DNA from: Christensenellaceae bacterium
Lineage (GTDB): Bacteria; Bacillota; Clostridia; Christensenellales; Borkfalkiaceae
DNA: 64,000 nucleotides
Assembly: GCA_045542055.1 (NCBI GenBank)
Contig: JAZQKH010000021.1
Span: 7,963 to 71,962, forward strand
Direction of reading: 5' to 3'
Position 1 is the first letter of the stretch. The number at the start of each line of letters is the position of its first letter. The position numbers and the translations under genes were made by a program. Of this stretch, positions 18,448-29,423 are shown one piece after another. The notes beneath the pieces were generated by a model. The model made no database searches. It was not told where the DNA came from and was given only the letters and a program-made list of their open reading frames with translations.

Positions 18448-19755
18448 TTAAAGAATATATTTTTTAAGGTCCTTGGTCTTTTTATCCATACCGAATTTAT
18501 TTACGACGAAATCACTGTCGATATTAACGGTATATTCTTCTTCGCCACTTGCTGAGAAAGATACGTCTTCAAGCAAGTTCTCAACTACCGTATGAAGCCT
18601 TCTTGCGCCGATATCTTCGCTAGTTGCGTTCATATCTTCAGAAATTTCAGCAATCTTTTCAATAGCGTCTTGGGTAAAGTTTAAGGTTACGCCGTCAACT
18701 TTAAGCAAGGTTGCATACTGCAAGGTTATTGCGTTTTTGGGCGTTGTTAAAATCTTTACGAAGTCTTCTTTAGTTAGGCTGTTAAGTTCCACTAAAATGG
18801 GGAATCTGCCTTGAAGTTCGGGAATTAAGTCGCTTACTTTAGAAATATGGAAAGCACCCGCCGCTATGAATAAAATATAGTCGGTTTTAATTGCGCCGTA
18901 TTTGGTCATAACCGTGCAACCTTCGACTATTGGAAGAATATCCCTTTGCACGCCTTCCCTTGAAACGTCTTGTCCACCCGAAGATTTGCCTTTTGCGCCT
19001 ATCTTATCAATTTCATCGATAAAAATAATGCCTTCTTGTTCGGCACGGCGAACGGCTTCTTCGTTAACCGAATCGTTATCGATAAGTTTATCGGCTTCTT
19101 CGTCAACGAGCATACGCCTTGCTTCTTTTACGGTTACCTTGCGTTTTTTGCGTTTTTTGGGCATCATATCGCCAAAAATACTGCCAATGCTAATTTCCGC
19201 ACCGCCCGGAACAAGTTCCATCGGTTTGGGATTATCAACAACTTCAATTTCAATAAATTCGTTATCGTAATAACCTTTCTTTAAGCCTTCCAAAATGTTT
19301 TGCTCAAAGATTTCCACAGTGGTCTCGCCCCTGTCAAATTTGCGAACTTCGGCTAAAATTTTAACGAGTTTTGCGTTTACGGTTGCCGTAGCCTTTTCGT
19401 TTACCTTTTTGAAACGTTCTTCTTTTACGAGCCTTACCGAACATTCCACAAGGTCACGTATCATCGACTCAACGTCCCTACCAACGTAACCAACTTCGGT
19501 ATACTTGGTTGCTTCAACCTTAACGAAAGGTGCGCCTACAAGCTTTGCAAGACGCCTTGCTATTTCAGTTTTACCAACGCCCGTTGGACCTTTCATAATT
19601 ATGTTCTTGGGCGTAATTTCTTCCATTTCAGCCTTGTCTAATTGGCTTCTTCTGTATCTGTTGCGAAGCGCTACTGCTACCGCCTTTTTCGCTTCGTTTT
19701 GACCGACGATGTATTTATCTAGTTCGGCGACTATTTGTTTGGGAGTTAAATTCAT
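18448..19755 (-). CDS. hslU: ATP-dependent protease ATPase subunit HslU
   Basis: TPKQIVAELDKYIVGQ, Walker A GPTGVGKTEIARRLA and Walker B IIFIDEIDKI. Confidence 0.95.
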   Translation of the reverse strand: MNLTPKQIVAELDKYIVGQNEAKKAVAVALRNRYRRSQLDKAEMEEITPKNIIMKGPTGVGKTEIARRLAKLVGAPFVKVEATKYTEVGYVGRDVESMIRDLVECSVRLVKEERFKKVNEKATATVNAKLVKILAEVRKFDRGETTVEIFEQNILEGLKKGYYDNEFIEIEVVDNPKPMELVPGGAEISIGSIFGDMMPKKRKKRKVTVKEARRMLVDEEADKLIDNDSVNEEAVRRAEQEGIIFIDEIDKIGAKGKSSGGQDVSREGVQRDILPIVEGCTVMTKYGAIKTDYILFIAAGAFHISKVSDLIPELQGRFPILVELNSLTKEDFVKILTTPKNAITLQYATLLKVDGVTLNFTQDAIEKIAEISEDMNATSEDIGARRLHTVVENLLEDVSFSASGEEEYTVNIDSDFVVNKFGMDKKTKDLKKYIL

Positions 19756-19764
19756 AGTATCTCC

Positions 19765-20298
19765 TTATAAAACTTCACAAGTAATATTGCCGTTGGTGAA
19801 CACGCAAATTTCACTTGCTATTTTAAGCGACTTTTTAACGACTTCTTCAGCCGAATAGTTGGTTTCTTGACAGAGTGCTCTCGCCGCCGCCAAGGCGTAG
19901 TTACCACCACTACCGATGGCACAAATACCGTCTTCAGGCTCAATAACTTCGCCCGTGCCAGATACTACCAAAAGGCTATCCTTGTCGGCAGTAATCATCA
20001 TTGCTTCAAGTTTTCTAACTTTGTCTGAACGCCATAGTTCTGCAAGTTCAACGGCACTGCGCATTAGGTTGCCAGAGTATTTGTTAAGCATTTCTTCAAA
20101 GCGTTCTGAAAGTGTGAACGCATCTGCAACTGAACCTGCAAAGCCAAATATTACCTTGCCGTTATAAATACGCCTTACCTTTACGGCGTTGTTCTTAAAT
20201 ATTATTGATTGCGACATAGTAACTTGTCCGTCACCTGCTATGGCAGTGTGTCCGTCACGCTTTACTGCGCATATGGTCGTTCCCATAAATTGAGTCAT
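19765..20298 (-). CDS. hslV: ATP-dependent protease subunit HslV
   Basis: GTTICAV N-terminal nucleophile context with a short Firmicute-type propeptide, and [14 protein letters not shown]. Confidence 0.9.
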   Translation of the reverse strand: MTQFMGTTICAVKRDGHTAIAGDGQVTMSQSIIFKNNAVKVRRIYNGKVIFGFAGSVADAFTLSERFEEMLNKYSGNLMRSAVELAELWRSDKVRKLEAMMITADKDSLLVVSGTGEVIEPEDGICAIGSGGNYALAAARALCQETNYSAEEVVKKSLKIASEICVFTNGNITCEVL

Positions 20299-21602
20299 AA
20301 TTCAATCTCCTTAATATATTGGTCAACCGCTTGCAAACTTCTTTCGGATAAAAATCTTTTCCTTTCCGCCTTATCCCTAATAACCTTTTCGGGTGGTGGC
20401 AATATACCGAAGTTAGCGTTCATCGGTTGAAAATCTTTATTTTCAGTAGTGATAAACTTTGCAAGCGAGCCAAGCACCGTTTTATCACATATAGTTTTAA
20501 CTTGTTTGCCCGTTAGTTTCATATAGCAGTAGATACCTGCCATAAGTCCGCTTCCGGCACTTTCCACGTAGCCTTCAACACCCGTTAGTTGACCGGCAAA
20601 AAACGTTTTTGGGTGTGCTTTTAGCGAGTAGTCTTCACTTAAAATCTTAGGCGAGTTTATAAATGTGTTTCTGTGCATAACGCCATAACGCAAAAACTCT
20701 GCATTCTTTAAGGCGGGTATCATAGAAAACACCCTTTTTTGTTCGCCGAACGTTAGGTTCGTTTGAAAACCTACCATATTATACATCGTGCCCGCTTCAT
20801 CTTCTTTGCGAAGTTGCAAGCAAGCGTACGCCCACCTGCCCGTTTTGGGGTCTGTTAATCCAACAGGTTTTAACGGTCCGAATCGCAAGGTGTCCTTTCC
20901 CCTTGACGCCATAATCTCTACGGGCATACAACCTTCAAAAACTTCAGACTTCTCAAAGTCGTGCAGTTTTGCCCTTTCAGCAGTGAGTAGTTCTTGTAAA
21001 AAGGCTTGATATTCTTCTTTTGTCATTGGGCAGTTGACGTGGTCGCCGTTGCCCTTATCGTATCTATCACCCACGAAAGCACTGCTCATATCTATAGAGT
21101 CGAAATCTATTATCGGTGCACTTGCATCGTAAAAGTGCAGGTCGCCGTCAGAGATTTCTAAAATTCGTTGGGCAAGTTTACCAGTGGTAAGCGGACCAGT
21201 TGCAACTATGGTATACTCGTCAAAATCAATATCTTCGACTTCTTTACATACCACCGTTATATTTGGATTGGACTTAATTTTATCAGTTATCGATTTTGCA
21301 AAGGCTTCTCTATTAACCGCTAATGCGTTGCCTGCCGGAACTGCACACCTATCGGCAACACCGATAAGTTCAGAACCCAAAAGACGCATTTCTTGTTTTA
21401 AAAGCCCTGCCGCATTTCCGTAAATATCGTTGCTTTTAAGTGAGTTTGAGCAAACGAGTTCTGCAAAGTCCTTATTACAATGTGCAGGGGTAAAACTTGA
21501 CGGCTTAATATCGTATAGCGTTACCTTTACGCCCTTTTTGGCAAGGTAAAGCGACGCTTCCGCACCGGCAAGCCCACCACCGATTACTTTAACTTGATTC
21601 AT
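20295..21602 (-). CDS. trmFO: Methylenetetrahydrofolate--tRNA-(uracil-5-)-methyltransferase TrmFO
   Basis: [15 protein letters not shown] fold and [16 protein letters not shown], in the canonical position between topA and hslV. Confidence 0.9.
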   Translation of the reverse strand: MNQVKVIGGGLAGAEASLYLAKKGVKVTLYDIKPSSFTPAHCNKDFAELVCSNSLKSNDIYGNAAGLLKQEMRLLGSELIGVADRCAVPAGNALAVNREAFAKSITDKIKSNPNITVVCKEVEDIDFDEYTIVATGPLTTGKLAQRILEISDGDLHFYDASAPIIDFDSIDMSSAFVGDRYDKGNGDHVNCPMTKEEYQAFLQELLTAERAKLHDFEKSEVFEGCMPVEIMASRGKDTLRFGPLKPVGLTDPKTGRWAYACLQLRKEDEAGTMYNMVGFQTNLTFGEQKRVFSMIPALKNAEFLRYGVMHRNTFINSPKILSEDYSLKAHPKTFFAGQLTGVEGYVESAGSGLMAGIYCYMKLTGKQVKTICDKTVLGSLAKFITTENKDFQPMNANFGILPPPEKVIRDKAERKRFLSERSLQAVDQYIKEIEL

Positions 21603-23755
21603 TACTTTTTATAATTACATTTTTTTGACGAGCATTTTTCTACGCCGTCAACCTTGACCATAAAACTTCCACAATCCGGACATTTTTCGCCCGTAGGGAT
21701 ATCCCAACTCATAAACTTACACTCTGGATAACCTGAGCATCCATAGAAAGTTTTTCCACCACGGCTTACCATCTTTTTAGTAGGTTTGCCACAATCGGGG
21801 CATACGCCAACCGATTCGGTTAAACTTACGGTGTTTTTGCATTTAGGGTAATTTACACAAGCCAAGAACTTACCGAACTTGCCTTCACGCTCTACCATAA
21901 CGCCACCGCATTTTGCACATATTTGGTCTGTTGGAATAACCACCTTTTCATTAACCGGTTTAATATTGCTACATTTTGGGTAGTTAGAACAAGAATAATA
22001 GTTGCCGAACCTTCCGCTGTTTATTATCATTCTTGCACCACACTTGTCGCATAATACGTCAGTTAATTTAGAGTTCCTTAAACGCACTTCAAAGTTAGCG
22101 TAAAAGTCTGCAATAAGTTTGTGCCAATCCTTACCGCCCGAGCCTATGTCGTCTAAAGAGTCTTCCATTTTAGCCGTGAAAGAAACGTCCATAATATCGG
22201 GAAAAGCCTTAACCAAAAAGTCTATTAGGCTATAACTAATGGGCGTGGGTACTAAATACTTTTTCTCTTTAGTAACGTATTCCCTTTTCTTGTCGGTAAG
22301 TTTCGCCATAATAGTAGCATAAGTCGACGGTCTGCCTATACCCTTGTCTTCCATACTTTTAATTAAGGTTGCTTCGGTGTATCTAACGGGTGGCTTGGTA
22401 AATTTTTGTTCCTTAGTTACACCGTTAAGGTTGAGTGCTTCACCCTTTTCCATTTGCGGAAGCAAGGTGTTGCCCGTCTCTTCATCGTCTTCTTTTTTAG
22501 TGTCGTCGTAAACTACGGTATAACCCTTAAACACCAACGACTTACCACTAGTCTTAAGCGTATAATCACCCGCATTGACGTCAACGGCAACGCTATCGTA
22601 AACGGCTTCGGTCATTTGCGACGCTATAAATCTATCGTAAATAAGTTTGTATAACCTATATTGATTTTTATCTAAGATATCCTTAACGCTTTCTGGGGTT
22701 TTGTTGATATCAATAGGTCTTATTGCTTCGTGGGCGTCTTGCGAATCTTTTTTGGAACGATAAACGTTGGGTTTTGCAGGTGCGTAAGCATCACCGTATA
22801 CGGCTTTGATGTAGCCGAGTGCTTGTGCTTGCGCTTCTTGCGAAACACGCACTGAGTCCGTTCTCATATAAGTAATAAGCGCAACGTGACCTTTGCCCGT
22901 ATCAACGCCTTCGTAAAGACGCTGAGCGATTTGCATTACTTGCGGTGCGGTTATGTTAAGTTTGATTGAACCGTCTTGTTGCAAAGTACTCGTAATAAAC
23001 GGTGCTGGGGCGTGTGACTTAACCTTACTTTTTTTAACTTCGCCCACCATAAAGGGTACGCCTTTAAGGTAACTTTCAACGGCGTTTGCCTCTTCAGCAG
23101 TGGCTGGTTTATACTTCTTGCCGTTCTTTTCAACTAAAAGAACCTTAAAAGACGGCTTGCCCTGCGGATTGACGTCGGCTTTTAAATTCCAATATTCCTG
23201 TGGTTTGAAGGCTTGAATTTCACGCTCTCTGTCAACGACCATTTTAAGTGCAACCGACTGCACCCTGCCTGCCGACAAATTGTCGTTTAAGACACTGCTT
23301 GCCACAGGTGAAACCGAATACCCCACAAGCCTATCTAAAACACGCCTTGCTTGTTGGGCGTCAACTAAGTTGCTATCAATTTTACGTGGATTCTCCAAGG
23401 CTTTTTTAACTGCCTTTTCGCTAATTTCGTTAAATTCTATACGGTTGGCTTGGTTAAGGTCTAAACCCAACACTTCCGCCAAGTGCCAAGATATTGCTTC
23501 GCCTTCTCTATCCGGGTCGGTTGCAAGAAAAACCTTGTCTGCCTTTTTTGCGTAGTCAGAAAGTTTTTTAATGTCGGCTTTTTTGCCAGCAACGATTTCG
23601 TAAAAGGGCTCGAAGTTTTTATCTATTCTAATACCCATACGATTTACGGGTAAATCTCTTACGTGCCCTTTAGAAGCTTCTACCTTGAAGTCGCCTTTTA
23701 AGAATTTTTCAATGGTTTTTGCCTTGTGTGGCGACTCTACTATAACTAACTGCAT
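21602..23755 (-). CDS. topA: DNA topoisomerase I
   Basis: MQLVIVESPHKAKT Toprim start, YMRTDS active-site Tyr and four C-terminal CxxC...CxxC zinc ribbons. Start moved to Met9: it overlaps the dprA stop (TAATG) and is preceded by GGAGGA. Confidence 0.95.
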   Translation of the reverse strand: MQLVIVESPHKAKTIEKFLKGDFKVEASKGHVRDLPVNRMGIRIDKNFEPFYEIVAGKKADIKKLSDYAKKADKVFLATDPDREGEAISWHLAEVLGLDLNQANRIEFNEISEKAVKKALENPRKIDSNLVDAQQARRVLDRLVGYSVSPVASSVLNDNLSAGRVQSVALKMVVDREREIQAFKPQEYWNLKADVNPQGKPSFKVLLVEKNGKKYKPATAEEANAVESYLKGVPFMVGEVKKSKVKSHAPAPFITSTLQQDGSIKLNITAPQVMQIAQRLYEGVDTGKGHVALITYMRTDSVRVSQEAQAQALGYIKAVYGDAYAPAKPNVYRSKKDSQDAHEAIRPIDINKTPESVKDILDKNQYRLYKLIYDRFIASQMTEAVYDSVAVDVNAGDYTLKTSGKSLVFKGYTVVYDDTKKEDDEETGNTLLPQMEKGEALNLNGVTKEQKFTKPPVRYTEATLIKSMEDKGIGRPSTYATIMAKLTDKKREYVTKEKKYLVPTPISYSLIDFLVKAFPDIMDVSFTAKMEDSLDDIGSGGKDWHKLIADFYANFEVRLRNSKLTDVLCDKCGARMIINSGRFGNYYSCSNYPKCSNIKPVNEKVVIPTDQICAKCGGVMVEREGKFGKFLACVNYPKCKNTVSLTESVGVCPDCGKPTKKMVSRGGKTFYGCSGYPECKFMSWDIPTGEKCPDCGSFMVKVDGVEKCSSKKCNYKK

Positions 23756-24846
23756 TATTCCTCCGATACGCTTCGGCATAAGCCGTAAACGTTACCTGAT
23801 TTTACTAAATATCCTTTTATTTCTAAACCTGAAATTATAGGCAATAATTCAAACGCCTTTTTATTCAGTTCTAAACATAATTTATTTATATGCTTTTGTC
23901 CGTCTTTTAAGGCGTACAAAACATCTCTTTCCTGCGGGGTAAATTCTTGCGGGGCTTCTTTTGTTTGCAAACCGTAAAAGTCTAACACGTCTATAACGCT
24001 ATCGGTAAGCATTGCGCCACGCTTGATAAGGTCGTTACATCCCGCACCCGACTGTATACCGACGCTATACGGAACGGCGAATAAGTCCTTGCCGTATTCT
24101 TCGGCGTACTCGGCAGTGTATAGCGTTCCACTTTTAATACCACCGCTTACTATCAAAACGCCCTTACTTAGCCCTGCTATTATTCTGTTGCGAATAGGAA
24201 ACATATACGGTTTGGGATAAACTTCGGGTGGGTTTTCGCTGATTACTAAACCACGCTCTGCAACCTTTTCAAACAAACTTTGGTTGCTTTTTGGATAAAC
24301 GTTATCAAAGCCACCTGCTATTACCGATATCACCTTACAATCACAGTCAAGTGCCGTTTGAATTACAGCACTATCAACACCCTCGGCAATTCCGGTACAC
24401 AAGCAAAAATGAGTTGAAATCTCTTTAGCATAATCCTTTGCAATAGAAATGGAAAGTGGAAGGCTTTTGCGAGAGCCGACTATTGCAAACTTTTCTTTTG
24501 TTAAGAGCGACGTATCGCCCTTGCAATAAAGAACTACGGGTGGCATTGGAATTTGTTTTAGTTCGCTTGGGTAAAGGTCAGAAAATAGCGTTACTGCCGT
24601 TATACCCTTTTTATCTAAATTATCCAGAACGAAGTCCAAATATTCTTTATTAGCGGAAGCCAATATGGTAGCAAACTCCTTTTCCCCAACCGCTTGAACG
24701 ATATAATCTTTACCCTTTTCAAGCAGAGATTTGATACCGCTAACCCCGTCTATCATACCGAACAAGCTTTGCTTGTGCTTGTACTCTAAACCGATAAAAC
24801 TATCAAGCCAAATTAAAACGAGTTCCCTTTCGGAATACTTTATCAT
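23755..24846 (-). CDS. dprA: DNA-processing protein DprA
   Basis: It has the Rossmann-like core AIVGSRK...GIAEGVDSAVIQ...GGF and a C-terminal winged-helix; 363 aa. Confidence 0.9.
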   Translation of the reverse strand: MIKYSERELVLIWLDSFIGLEYKHKQSLFGMIDGVSGIKSLLEKGKDYIVQAVGEKEFATILASANKEYLDFVLDNLDKKGITAVTLFSDLYPSELKQIPMPPVVLYCKGDTSLLTKEKFAIVGSRKSLPLSISIAKDYAKEISTHFCLCTGIAEGVDSAVIQTALDCDCKVISVIAGGFDNVYPKSNQSLFEKVAERGLVISENPPEVYPKPYMFPIRNRIIAGLSKGVLIVSGGIKSGTLYTAEYAEEYGKDLFAVPYSVGIQSGAGCNDLIKRGAMLTDSVIDVLDFYGLQTKEAPQEFTPQERDVLYALKDGQKHINKLCLELNKKAFELLPIISGLEIKGYLVKSGNVYGLCRSVSEE

Positions 24847-24850
24847 ACTC

Positions 24851-26362
24851 TTAATACTTTCTATAACTTATCGCTTCTAAGATATGTGCGGGCATAATAT
24901 CTTTGCTTTCCGCCATATCGGCAATAGTTCTTGCCACCTTTATGATACGGCTTCTTGCCCTTGGTGAAAGCCCCAACCTTTCGTACGCCGACTTTAATAT
25001 ACTTTCGCATTCAGCAGAAAGTTTGCAGTATTTTATAATCTGCTTTTCACCCATTGCACTATTGGTTAAAATGCTATCGCCCTTAAACCTTTCACGCTGA
25101 ACGGCACGTGCCTTGTTAACCCTTGCACGTACGGTTGCACTGCTCTCTGCTTCCTCATCGTTAGCAAGTTCGCTATATTTTACACTGTCAACTTCCACTT
25201 GAATATCTATTCTATCAAGAAGCGGACCGGATAGTTTTGACCTATACTTTGCTATTTGTGCAGGTGAACAAGTGCAAACCTTATCGGGCGAGCCGTAGTT
25301 ACCGCACGGGCATGGATTCATACTTCCGCAAAGCATTACGTTTGCGGGATACGTTATAGTGCCCGCCGCCCTTGACACCGTTATAACCCCGTCTTCTAAG
25401 GGTTGGCGTAAGGCTTCTAACGTAGAGCGGTTGTATTCAGGCATTTCGTCTAAAAACAAAACGCCGTTATGCGCTAAACTAATTTCGCCCGGTTTAACGT
25501 GTGTACCGCCACCCGTCATAGAAACGGTGGTTGCAGTGTGGTGTGGGCTTCTAAAAGGTCTGGTATACAAGATACCGTCAGTATCTTTAACGTAACCGCA
25601 TACCGAGTGAATTTTAGTGGTTTCAAGCGCTTCTTCAAAGGTCATATCTGGCATAATGGTGGGTATACATTTTGCAAGCATAGTTTTACCCGTACCCGGT
25701 GCGCCCACGAATAACACGTTGTGACCGCCCGCCACCGCTACTTCCAAGGCACGCTTGGCAATCGCTTGACCTTTTACCAAAGCCATATCCGAACTATAAA
25801 CGTTTTGCGCTTGTAAACTGCTGTAATCGTGAAGTTTAAGTGCCTGTATGAGCTTTAGACCTGAAAGGTGGTCAATAACTTGCAATAAACTTTCTGCAGG
25901 AATAACCTCAATACCTGCAACGTAAGAAGCTTCTTTAGCGTTCTCACTTGGGATTATAAACTTTTTATACCCCTGCTCTACTGCAGAGATTATGATGGGA
26001 AGCACGCCGTTTATTCTGCGAAGACTTCCATCTAAGGAAAGTTCGCCTAAAAAAATTACACCGTCAAGTTCACAAACAAGTTGTCCACACGCTTTAAGCA
26101 GTCCTATTGCTAATGCTAAGTCTAAAGTAGAACCTTCCTTTTTAACGTCGGCAGGTGCAAGGTTTGCAGTTATTCTTTTAGTAGGCATCGTTCTACCACT
26201 GTTTTTTATAGCAGAGCGAATACGTTCTTTTGATTCCTTTACGGCAGTATCGGCAAGCCCAACTATCTCAAAGGCGGGCAAACCGTTATTTACGTCAACC
26301 TCAACTAGGACGGGTATTCCGTTTAGGCCAACGAGCGTATAAGTAGTTACTTTTGCTATCAT
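24851..26362 (-). CDS. yifB: Mg-chelatase-like AAA+ protein YifB/ComM
   Basis: Lon-like N-domain, Walker A GAPGTGKTMLA, VLFLDEMPE and a CxxC cluster; 503 aa. Confidence 0.9.
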   Translation of the reverse strand: MIAKVTTYTLVGLNGIPVLVEVDVNNGLPAFEIVGLADTAVKESKERIRSAIKNSGRTMPTKRITANLAPADVKKEGSTLDLALAIGLLKACGQLVCELDGVIFLGELSLDGSLRRINGVLPIIISAVEQGYKKFIIPSENAKEASYVAGIEVIPAESLLQVIDHLSGLKLIQALKLHDYSSLQAQNVYSSDMALVKGQAIAKRALEVAVAGGHNVLFVGAPGTGKTMLAKCIPTIMPDMTFEEALETTKIHSVCGYVKDTDGILYTRPFRSPHHTATTVSMTGGGTHVKPGEISLAHNGVLFLDEMPEYNRSTLEALRQPLEDGVITVSRAAGTITYPANVMLCGSMNPCPCGNYGSPDKVCTCSPAQIAKYRSKLSGPLLDRIDIQVEVDSVKYSELANDEEAESSATVRARVNKARAVQRERFKGDSILTNSAMGEKQIIKYCKLSAECESILKSAYERLGLSPRARSRIIKVARTIADMAESKDIMPAHILEAISYRKY

Positions 26363-26487
26363 AATCTTCCCTTTCGTACAATTGCAATACAGGCAATATT
26401 TGCTTTTAAAAATACTTTCGCCTATTTTACTCCATTATGTTATATTATTATATAATATTATTTTAAAAAAGTAAACGATATTGATAC

Positions 26488-26519
26488 AAAAAAAGAACTT
26501 ACTGCGTTAGTAAGTTCTT
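26488..26519 (-). terminator. rplS terminator
   Basis: AAGAACTTACT-gcgtt-AGTAAGTTCTT is an 11-bp perfect stem followed by U-run on the minus strand. Confidence 0.8.
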
Positions 26520-26540
26520 AATCTTTTGTTTGTTTTTAAG

Positions 26541-26888
26541 TTATCTTGCGATTTCTTTAACTTTAGCCGCCTTACCAGTTCTTGCACGTAAGTAGTAAAG
26601 TTTAGCACGACGTACACGACCACGACGAACAACTTGAATATCAGCAACCTTTGGTGAGTGGATTGGGAAGGTCTTTTCTACACCTACGCCGAAAGACATT
26701 CTTCTTACGGTAAAGGTTTCAGAAATACCGCCGTGTTTTCTTGCGATACAGATACCTTCGAACGCTTGTAATCTTTCCCTTTCACCTTCGATAACCTTAA
26801 TCATTACCTTAACGGTGTCGCCAACGTTGAACGCAGGAATATTCTGCTTCAAGTTTTCTTGATTGATAGCTTCAATAATCTTACTCAT
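26541..26888 (-). CDS. rplS: 50S ribosomal protein L19
   Basis: It has [10 protein letters not shown] and [14 protein letters not shown]; 115 aa. Confidence 0.95.
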   Translation of the reverse strand: MSKIIEAINQENLKQNIPAFNVGDTVKVMIKVIEGERERLQAFEGICIARKHGGISETFTVRRMSFGVGVEKTFPIHSPKVADIQVVRRGRVRRAKLYYLRARTGKAAKVKEIAR

Positions 26889-26959
26889 TTGCTTTTACCT
26901 CCAATATTACTTGACGTTCATTGCCGATTGACGCAAGCGGAACGCCCGAAAGCCATAAT

Positions 26960-26988
26960 ATAATATCACATTTTTTTGTTCTTGGCAA
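26960..26988 (-). promoter_or_regulatory. rplS promoter, with a leader of about 65 nt
   Basis: Minus strand reads TTGCCA (26988-26983), a 17-nt spacer, then TATTAT (26965-26960). The leader contains short hairpins. I could not verify similarity to the known L19 leader by eye. Confidence 0.45.
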
Positions 26989-26993
26989 GCGTT

Positions 26994-27359
26994 TTACATA
27001 TAAAATGCGTTAATAATGTGATTAATTTCTCCATTATTTATTTCCACCACGTCAAAACGACAGTTGCCGTCCGAAATGCCGTTTTTTAGCATGTATTCAG
27101 TGGCGATTTTAAAATATCGTTCTTGTTTTTTGCGTGTTACCGCTTCGGCTGGCGTGCCGAAAGAATCGTCCGAACGGGTTTTTACTTCCACAAAAACTAA
27201 AGTGTCACCGTCCATTGCAACTATGTCTACTTCACCAAAAAAGTTTTTATAGTTTTTGCATAGTATTTTAAGACCCTTTTTTTTGAGAAAGCCCTCTGCT
27301 TTTACTTCGCCTGCTCTTCCCAAAAGTTTTTTATAAAAGTTTTTCTGTGCAATCTGCAA
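26994..27359 (-). CDS. yraN: YraN-family (UPF0102) endonuclease-like protein
   Basis: LGRAGEVKAEGFLKKKG...GEVDIVAMDGDTLVFVEVKTR. TTG start with AAGGAGA 7 nt upstream. It overlaps the rnhB 3' end by 58 nt. Confidence 0.8.
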   Translation of the reverse strand: MQIAQKNFYKKLLGRAGEVKAEGFLKKKGLKILCKNYKNFFGEVDIVAMDGDTLVFVEVKTRSDDSFGTPAEAVTRKKQERYFKIATEYMLKNGISDGNCRFDVVEINNGEINHIINAFYM

Positions 27360-27919
27360 GGCCCTATCTCCTTAATTTTATCTATATGCACCTTAGTGCC
27401 GTATCCCTTGTGCTTTTCAAAGGCGTAGTCTGGGAACTCTTTGGCGTGTTCTACCATAAGATTATCCCTATATACCTTTGCTAATATTGACGCACAGCCT
27501 ATCGTATAACTTTTCATATCGCCTTTAACTACGTATTCGGCGTTTATATCAAGCCCCGTGTCAACGCCGTCAACGAGCGTTATATCAGGAACGACCTTTA
27601 AGCCGTTTACAGCGCTTACCATACATTTTTTTACGGCGTTAAGTATGTTTATATCATCGATTTCTTGGGGCGAAATTTCGGCTATGCAATAACTTATCGC
27701 CTTTTGCTTAATTACTTCAGCAAGTGCAGTGCGACGCTTTTCAGAAAGTTTTTTACTGTCGTCAATTCCTTCAATAAGGTCATCCATAGGCATTATAACC
27801 GCACAGCAAACTACAGGCCCTGCAAGTGGACCTCTACCCACTTCGTCAACGCCTGCAACGTATTTTGCACCAAGTGATAAATGTTTTCTTTCGTACTCTA
27901 ATTTATCCATATTAGTCAA
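27302..27919 (-). CDS. rnhB: Ribonuclease HII
   Basis: It has AGVDEVGRGPLAGPVV and DDSKKLS motifs; 205 aa. Confidence 0.9.
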   Translation of the reverse strand: MTNMDKLEYERKHLSLGAKYVAGVDEVGRGPLAGPVVCCAVIMPMDDLIEGIDDSKKLSEKRRTALAEVIKQKAISYCIAEISPQEIDDINILNAVKKCMVSAVNGLKVVPDITLVDGVDTGLDINAEYVVKGDMKSYTIGCASILAKVYRDNLMVEHAKEFPDYAFEKHKGYGTKVHIDKIKEIGPCRLHRKTFIKNFWEEQAK

Positions 27920-28745
27920 GAATAATTTTGCCTATTCTTCCCTTTCTAAAATCATCAATTACGGCTTTAGCGCACCTATCGTAGTCGGGCTCAGCACCCT
28001 TCATTAAAAAACCACGGCGAGCGCAAATGTCATCAAAAATCTCTATCGTGGGCTTGTTTAGGTCGGTAAGAGAATACTTTTCCTTTAACAAGTCGGGGTA
28101 CTTTTCGGTTAATTCTTTTATAAGTTCAAAAGCCAAATCGCCAAAATCAATATTGGCATCGTTCATACTGCCGACGTAAGCCAAATGCTTTGCTAACGTT
28201 TGATTTTCAAATGCGGGTGGCATAGTGCCCGGTGTGTCTAAAAGTTCTAATTCTCTAAGCCTTACCCATTGTTTACCACGGGTCACGCCCGCTTTATTGC
28301 CCGTAGTAGTTTTCTTACCACCGCAAAGTGCGTTTATTATGGTTGATTTACCCGTGTTGGGTATGCCTGCAACCATAATTCTGACCGGCTTAAAAATGCC
28401 TTTAAGTTTGTTTCTTTCAAGTTTTTCTTGCAAGAGTTCAAAAATTCGGTTGTAAAGCATGTCAACGGCCTTTTTATCCATAGCGCTAACCGCCACCGTT
28501 TCTTTGCCTTCTAAGGCGAACTCTTTAACCGTACGAATAGCATCCCCCTTTTCGATAAGGTCGGCTTTATTTAGCACGTATAATACCTTTTTATTGGCAA
28601 AAAGTTTGGCAAGTTTATTATTTAGCGAAGCCCTTGGTGCACGAGCGTCTAAAACAAGCATAACACCGTCAACCGATTTTAAGTTGTCTTCCATCATGCG
28701 CATTGCAGCCGTCATATGCCCCGGAAACCACTGTAAATGTTGCAT
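27912..28745 (-). CDS. rbgA: Ribosome biogenesis GTPase A (YlqF/RbgA)
   Basis: Circularly permuted GTPase: NKADL precedes GIPNTGKST and DTPG. It begins QWFPGHM. Confidence 0.9.
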   Translation of the reverse strand: MQHLQWFPGHMTAAMRMMEDNLKSVDGVMLVLDARAPRASLNNKLAKLFANKKVLYVLNKADLIEKGDAIRTVKEFALEGKETVAVSAMDKKAVDMLYNRIFELLQEKLERNKLKGIFKPVRIMVAGIPNTGKSTIINALCGGKKTTTGNKAGVTRGKQWVRLRELELLDTPGTMPPAFENQTLAKHLAYVGSMNDANIDFGDLAFELIKELTEKYPDLLKEKYSLTDLNKPTIEIFDDICARRGFLMKGAEPDYDRCAKAVIDDFRKGRIGKIILD

Positions 28746-29423
28746 TTACTTATCCCCCTTTTCTAATAGGTCGGGGCGATTTTTTGCAGTGATTTCAAAA
28801 GATTTTTGTCTGCGCCACTTATCGATTTCGCCGTGATGACCGCTAAGTAAAACATCGGGAACTTTAAGCCCCATAAATTCTTGCGGACGGGTGTATTGCG
28901 GGTATTCCAACATACCGGCAGAAAAACTTTCTTGCTCTAAAGACTCACGTTTAATAACCCCGTCAACGTATCTTGCAACGGCGTCAACTACTGCCATGGC
29001 AGGTATCTCGCCACCCGTTAACACAAAGTCGCCAAGCGAAAGTTCTTCATCTATAAATAGGTCTAAAACACGTTGGTCTACGCCTTCATAGTGCCCACAA
29101 AGTAGCAATATATGGTCAAGTTTTGCGTACTCTAAGACTACGCTTTGATTAAACGTTCTGCCCTTTGGCGACATAAATATACGCTTTGCCGTGTGGTCAG
29201 GGTCAACGGCTTCAATAGCGCTTGCAATAGGTTGCGCCATCATAACCATACCTGCGCCGCCGCCAAACGGCGTGTCGTCACATTTTTTGTGTTTATCTAA
29301 GGTATAGGCACGGATATCGTGCACTGCTATTTGCAGTTTACCGTCCCCTTGCGCCCTACCTATAATGCTCGTTTGAAGGGGTGTAAACATTTCGGGGAAC
29401 AGCGTTAAAATATCAATCTTCAT
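28746..29423 (-). CDS. trmD: tRNA (guanine37-N1)-methyltransferase
   Basis: MKIDILTLFPEMF, CGHYEGVDQR and SLGDFVLTGGE. Confidence 0.95.
   Translation of the reverse strand: MKIDILTLFPEMFTPLQTSIIGRAQGDGKLQIAVHDIRAYTLDKHKKCDDTPFGGGAGMVMMAQPIASAIEAVDPDHTAKRIFMSPKGRTFNQSVVLEYAKLDHILLLCGHYEGVDQRVLDLFIDEELSLGDFVLTGGEIPAMAVVDAVARYVDGVIKRESLEQESFSAGMLEYPQYTRPQEFMGLKVPDVLLSGHHGEIDKWRRQKSFEITAKNRPDLLEKGDK

Noticed and set aside
26889-26959. The rplS 5' leader might be the known L19 autoregulatory leader.
   Set aside because: A promoter and short hairpins are present, but I cannot match the family consensus from memory. A covariance-model search is needed. Only the promoter is listed as a feature.
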